Positions 63,176 through 64,000 of a DNA stretch of 64,000 bases are shown in pieces. Origin of the DNA: Spirochaetia bacterium (lineage in GTDB: Bacteria > Spirochaetota > Leptospiria > Turneriellales > JAOUFE01). The stretch spans positions 58,141 through 122,140 of the forward strand of contig JAOUFY010000002.1 of NCBI GenBank assembly GCA_029857955.1. Reading direction: 5' to 3'. The position numbers and the translations under genes were made by a program. The notes under the pieces were generated by a model, which was not told the DNA's origin, ran no database searches, and saw nothing but the letters and a program-made list of their open reading frames with translations. Within the stretch, counting starts at the first letter, position 1. Every line of letters begins with the position of its first letter.

Positions 63176-64000
63176 ATGCCTCCAAAAAGTAAAATTAGAA
63201 ATACTTCGTTAAAGTCATTTGCCGGCAAAAAAGCGGCCAGGAATATGCAAGGATCATTGTATTCCGGTAACTCAGAAAAATCTGAAAAAAGCGCTAAAGG
63301 TTCTGAGTTATCAAATTTACTGAAAAAACAATTCTCTCCGGGCAAAAATATCAATGTTACACATCGCGCCTATGAGATCATTCCAAGAAACAGCCCGTAT
63401 AGCCACCATTTTAAAACTCTGTTAAATGCAGAAAGTTTTATTTCTAAAAAAGAATTTCAGATGGCCATTGACATCTACCAAAGATTATTAAATAAAATAC
63501 CACTTAGATCTTCCAGAGAAAAAATTGAAGAAAACATTCAAGACATTCAAGGTTTTCTTACTGATTATGATGAACCATTTTCTCCTAAAGTTCAACTGGA
63601 CATAACATACTCAGGACCACCCCAGGGCATGCAGTCTAATGCCCCTGGACAAGCCCAGGGCGGACTTACTGGTCCTCTGGGAAGTACTCCCATTCAAATC
63701 CAAATGGGTATGCCCCAGATGCCCCAAATACCTCAAATGCCTCAAGGAGGAGGACAACCTTCTGGTATGGGTGGTATGGGCGGAATGTCTCCACAAATGG
63801 GTGGCGCTCCGATGGGCGGCGCAATGCCTCCATTTAGTCAGGGACAAGTACCTGCAAGTATACCCTTCGGCTTTATGCAGGTGCAGGCATTATCTGATCA
63901 AGATCATAAACAACAATCTCCCACAAGTCAAAAACCCTTTGGATTTTTTGATAAAGTAAAAGAACCTGATGAAGAACATGGAAAAGCAAAACGACCTTCT
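63176..64000 (+). CDS. Hypothetical protein with a P/Q/G/M-rich low-complexity region (3' partial, runs off the window)
   Basis: Open-ended ORF, absent from the track. ATG 63176 gives 275 codons with no stop: MPPKSKIRNTSLKSF...EFQMAIDIYQRLLNKIP...GPPQGMQSNAPGQAQGG...QMGMPQMPQIPQMPQGGGQPSGMGGMGGMSPQMGGAPMGGAMPPFSQGQ... Confidence 0.6.
   Translation, partial: MPPKSKIRNTSLKSFAGKKAARNMQGSLYSGNSEKSEKSAKGSELSNLLKKQFSPGKNINVTHRAYEIIPRNSPYSHHFKTLLNAESFISKKEFQMAIDIYQRLLNKIPLRSSREKIEENIQDIQGFLTDYDEPFSPKVQLDITYSGPPQGMQSNAPGQAQGGLTGPLGSTPIQIQMGMPQMPQIPQMPQGGGQPSGMGGMGGMSPQMGGAPMGGAMPPFSQGQVPASIPFGFMQVQALSDQDHKQQSPTSQKPFGFFDKVKEPDEEHGKAKRPS

Noticed and set aside
63611-63959. Track ORFs 63611-63847 (minus, 78 aa) and 63639-63959 (plus, 106 aa)
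   Set aside because: Both are alternative frames of the GC-richer low-complexity region. The frame opening at ATG 63176 stays open for 275 codons to the window edge and gives a coherent protein. The other two give Arg/His/Cys/Trp-rich nonsense typical of off-frame translation.

Overview
The window is visibly AT-rich and densely coding, and looks like chromosomal DNA from a free-living, flagellated, diderm bacterium. I support about 60 protein genes and one tRNA. I found no rRNA, CRISPR array, transposase, integrase or phage genes. Several proteins suggest a Leptospiraceae-like spirochaete: a Leptospira-type citramalate synthase, a short SMC, a CHASE2 cyclase, a HAMP-PP2C phosphatase and spirochaete-style lipoboxes. 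That assignment rests on memory, not on a search.

Most content is housekeeping:
- Replication, translation and general metabolism: smc, folC, nadK, cimA, mdh, prfB, rpmE, dprA, ribE, tRNA-Gly(UCC) and dus.
- Amino-acid biosynthesis: thrC, a cystathionine gamma-synthase/lyase, a cysteine-synthase-like enzyme, and aroB-aroQ.
- Secretion and respiration: a gspK-L-M-N block and a complete Alternative Complex III operon (actABCDEF plus an extra cytochrome c).
- Motility: fliM.

The best candidate for an undescribed system sits at the window centre (30409-36232). It is a split 541-aa plus 1125-aa pair from the ATP-driven Fe-S radical-enzyme superfamily (benzoyl-CoA reductase / 2-hydroxyacyl-CoA dehydratase / double-cubane proteins). 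The larger protein carries two fused activator ATPase modules, and the pair is translationally coupled to an orphan ABC-2-type permease.

Other points worth a second look:
- A fliM-terminated operon encoding an extremely acidic protein with 285-bp tandem repeats, a GAF-GAF-degenerate-GGDEF protein and an unknown exported protein.
- An SMC with no recognisable hinge.
- A KDSR-like SDR lacking the YxxxK lysine.
- An open-ended P/Q/G/M-rich ORF at the 3' edge that the ORF track missed.
- A tRNA embedded in an mRNA operon.
- Several structured intergenic elements.

All functional calls come from motifs read by eye. No database search was run.
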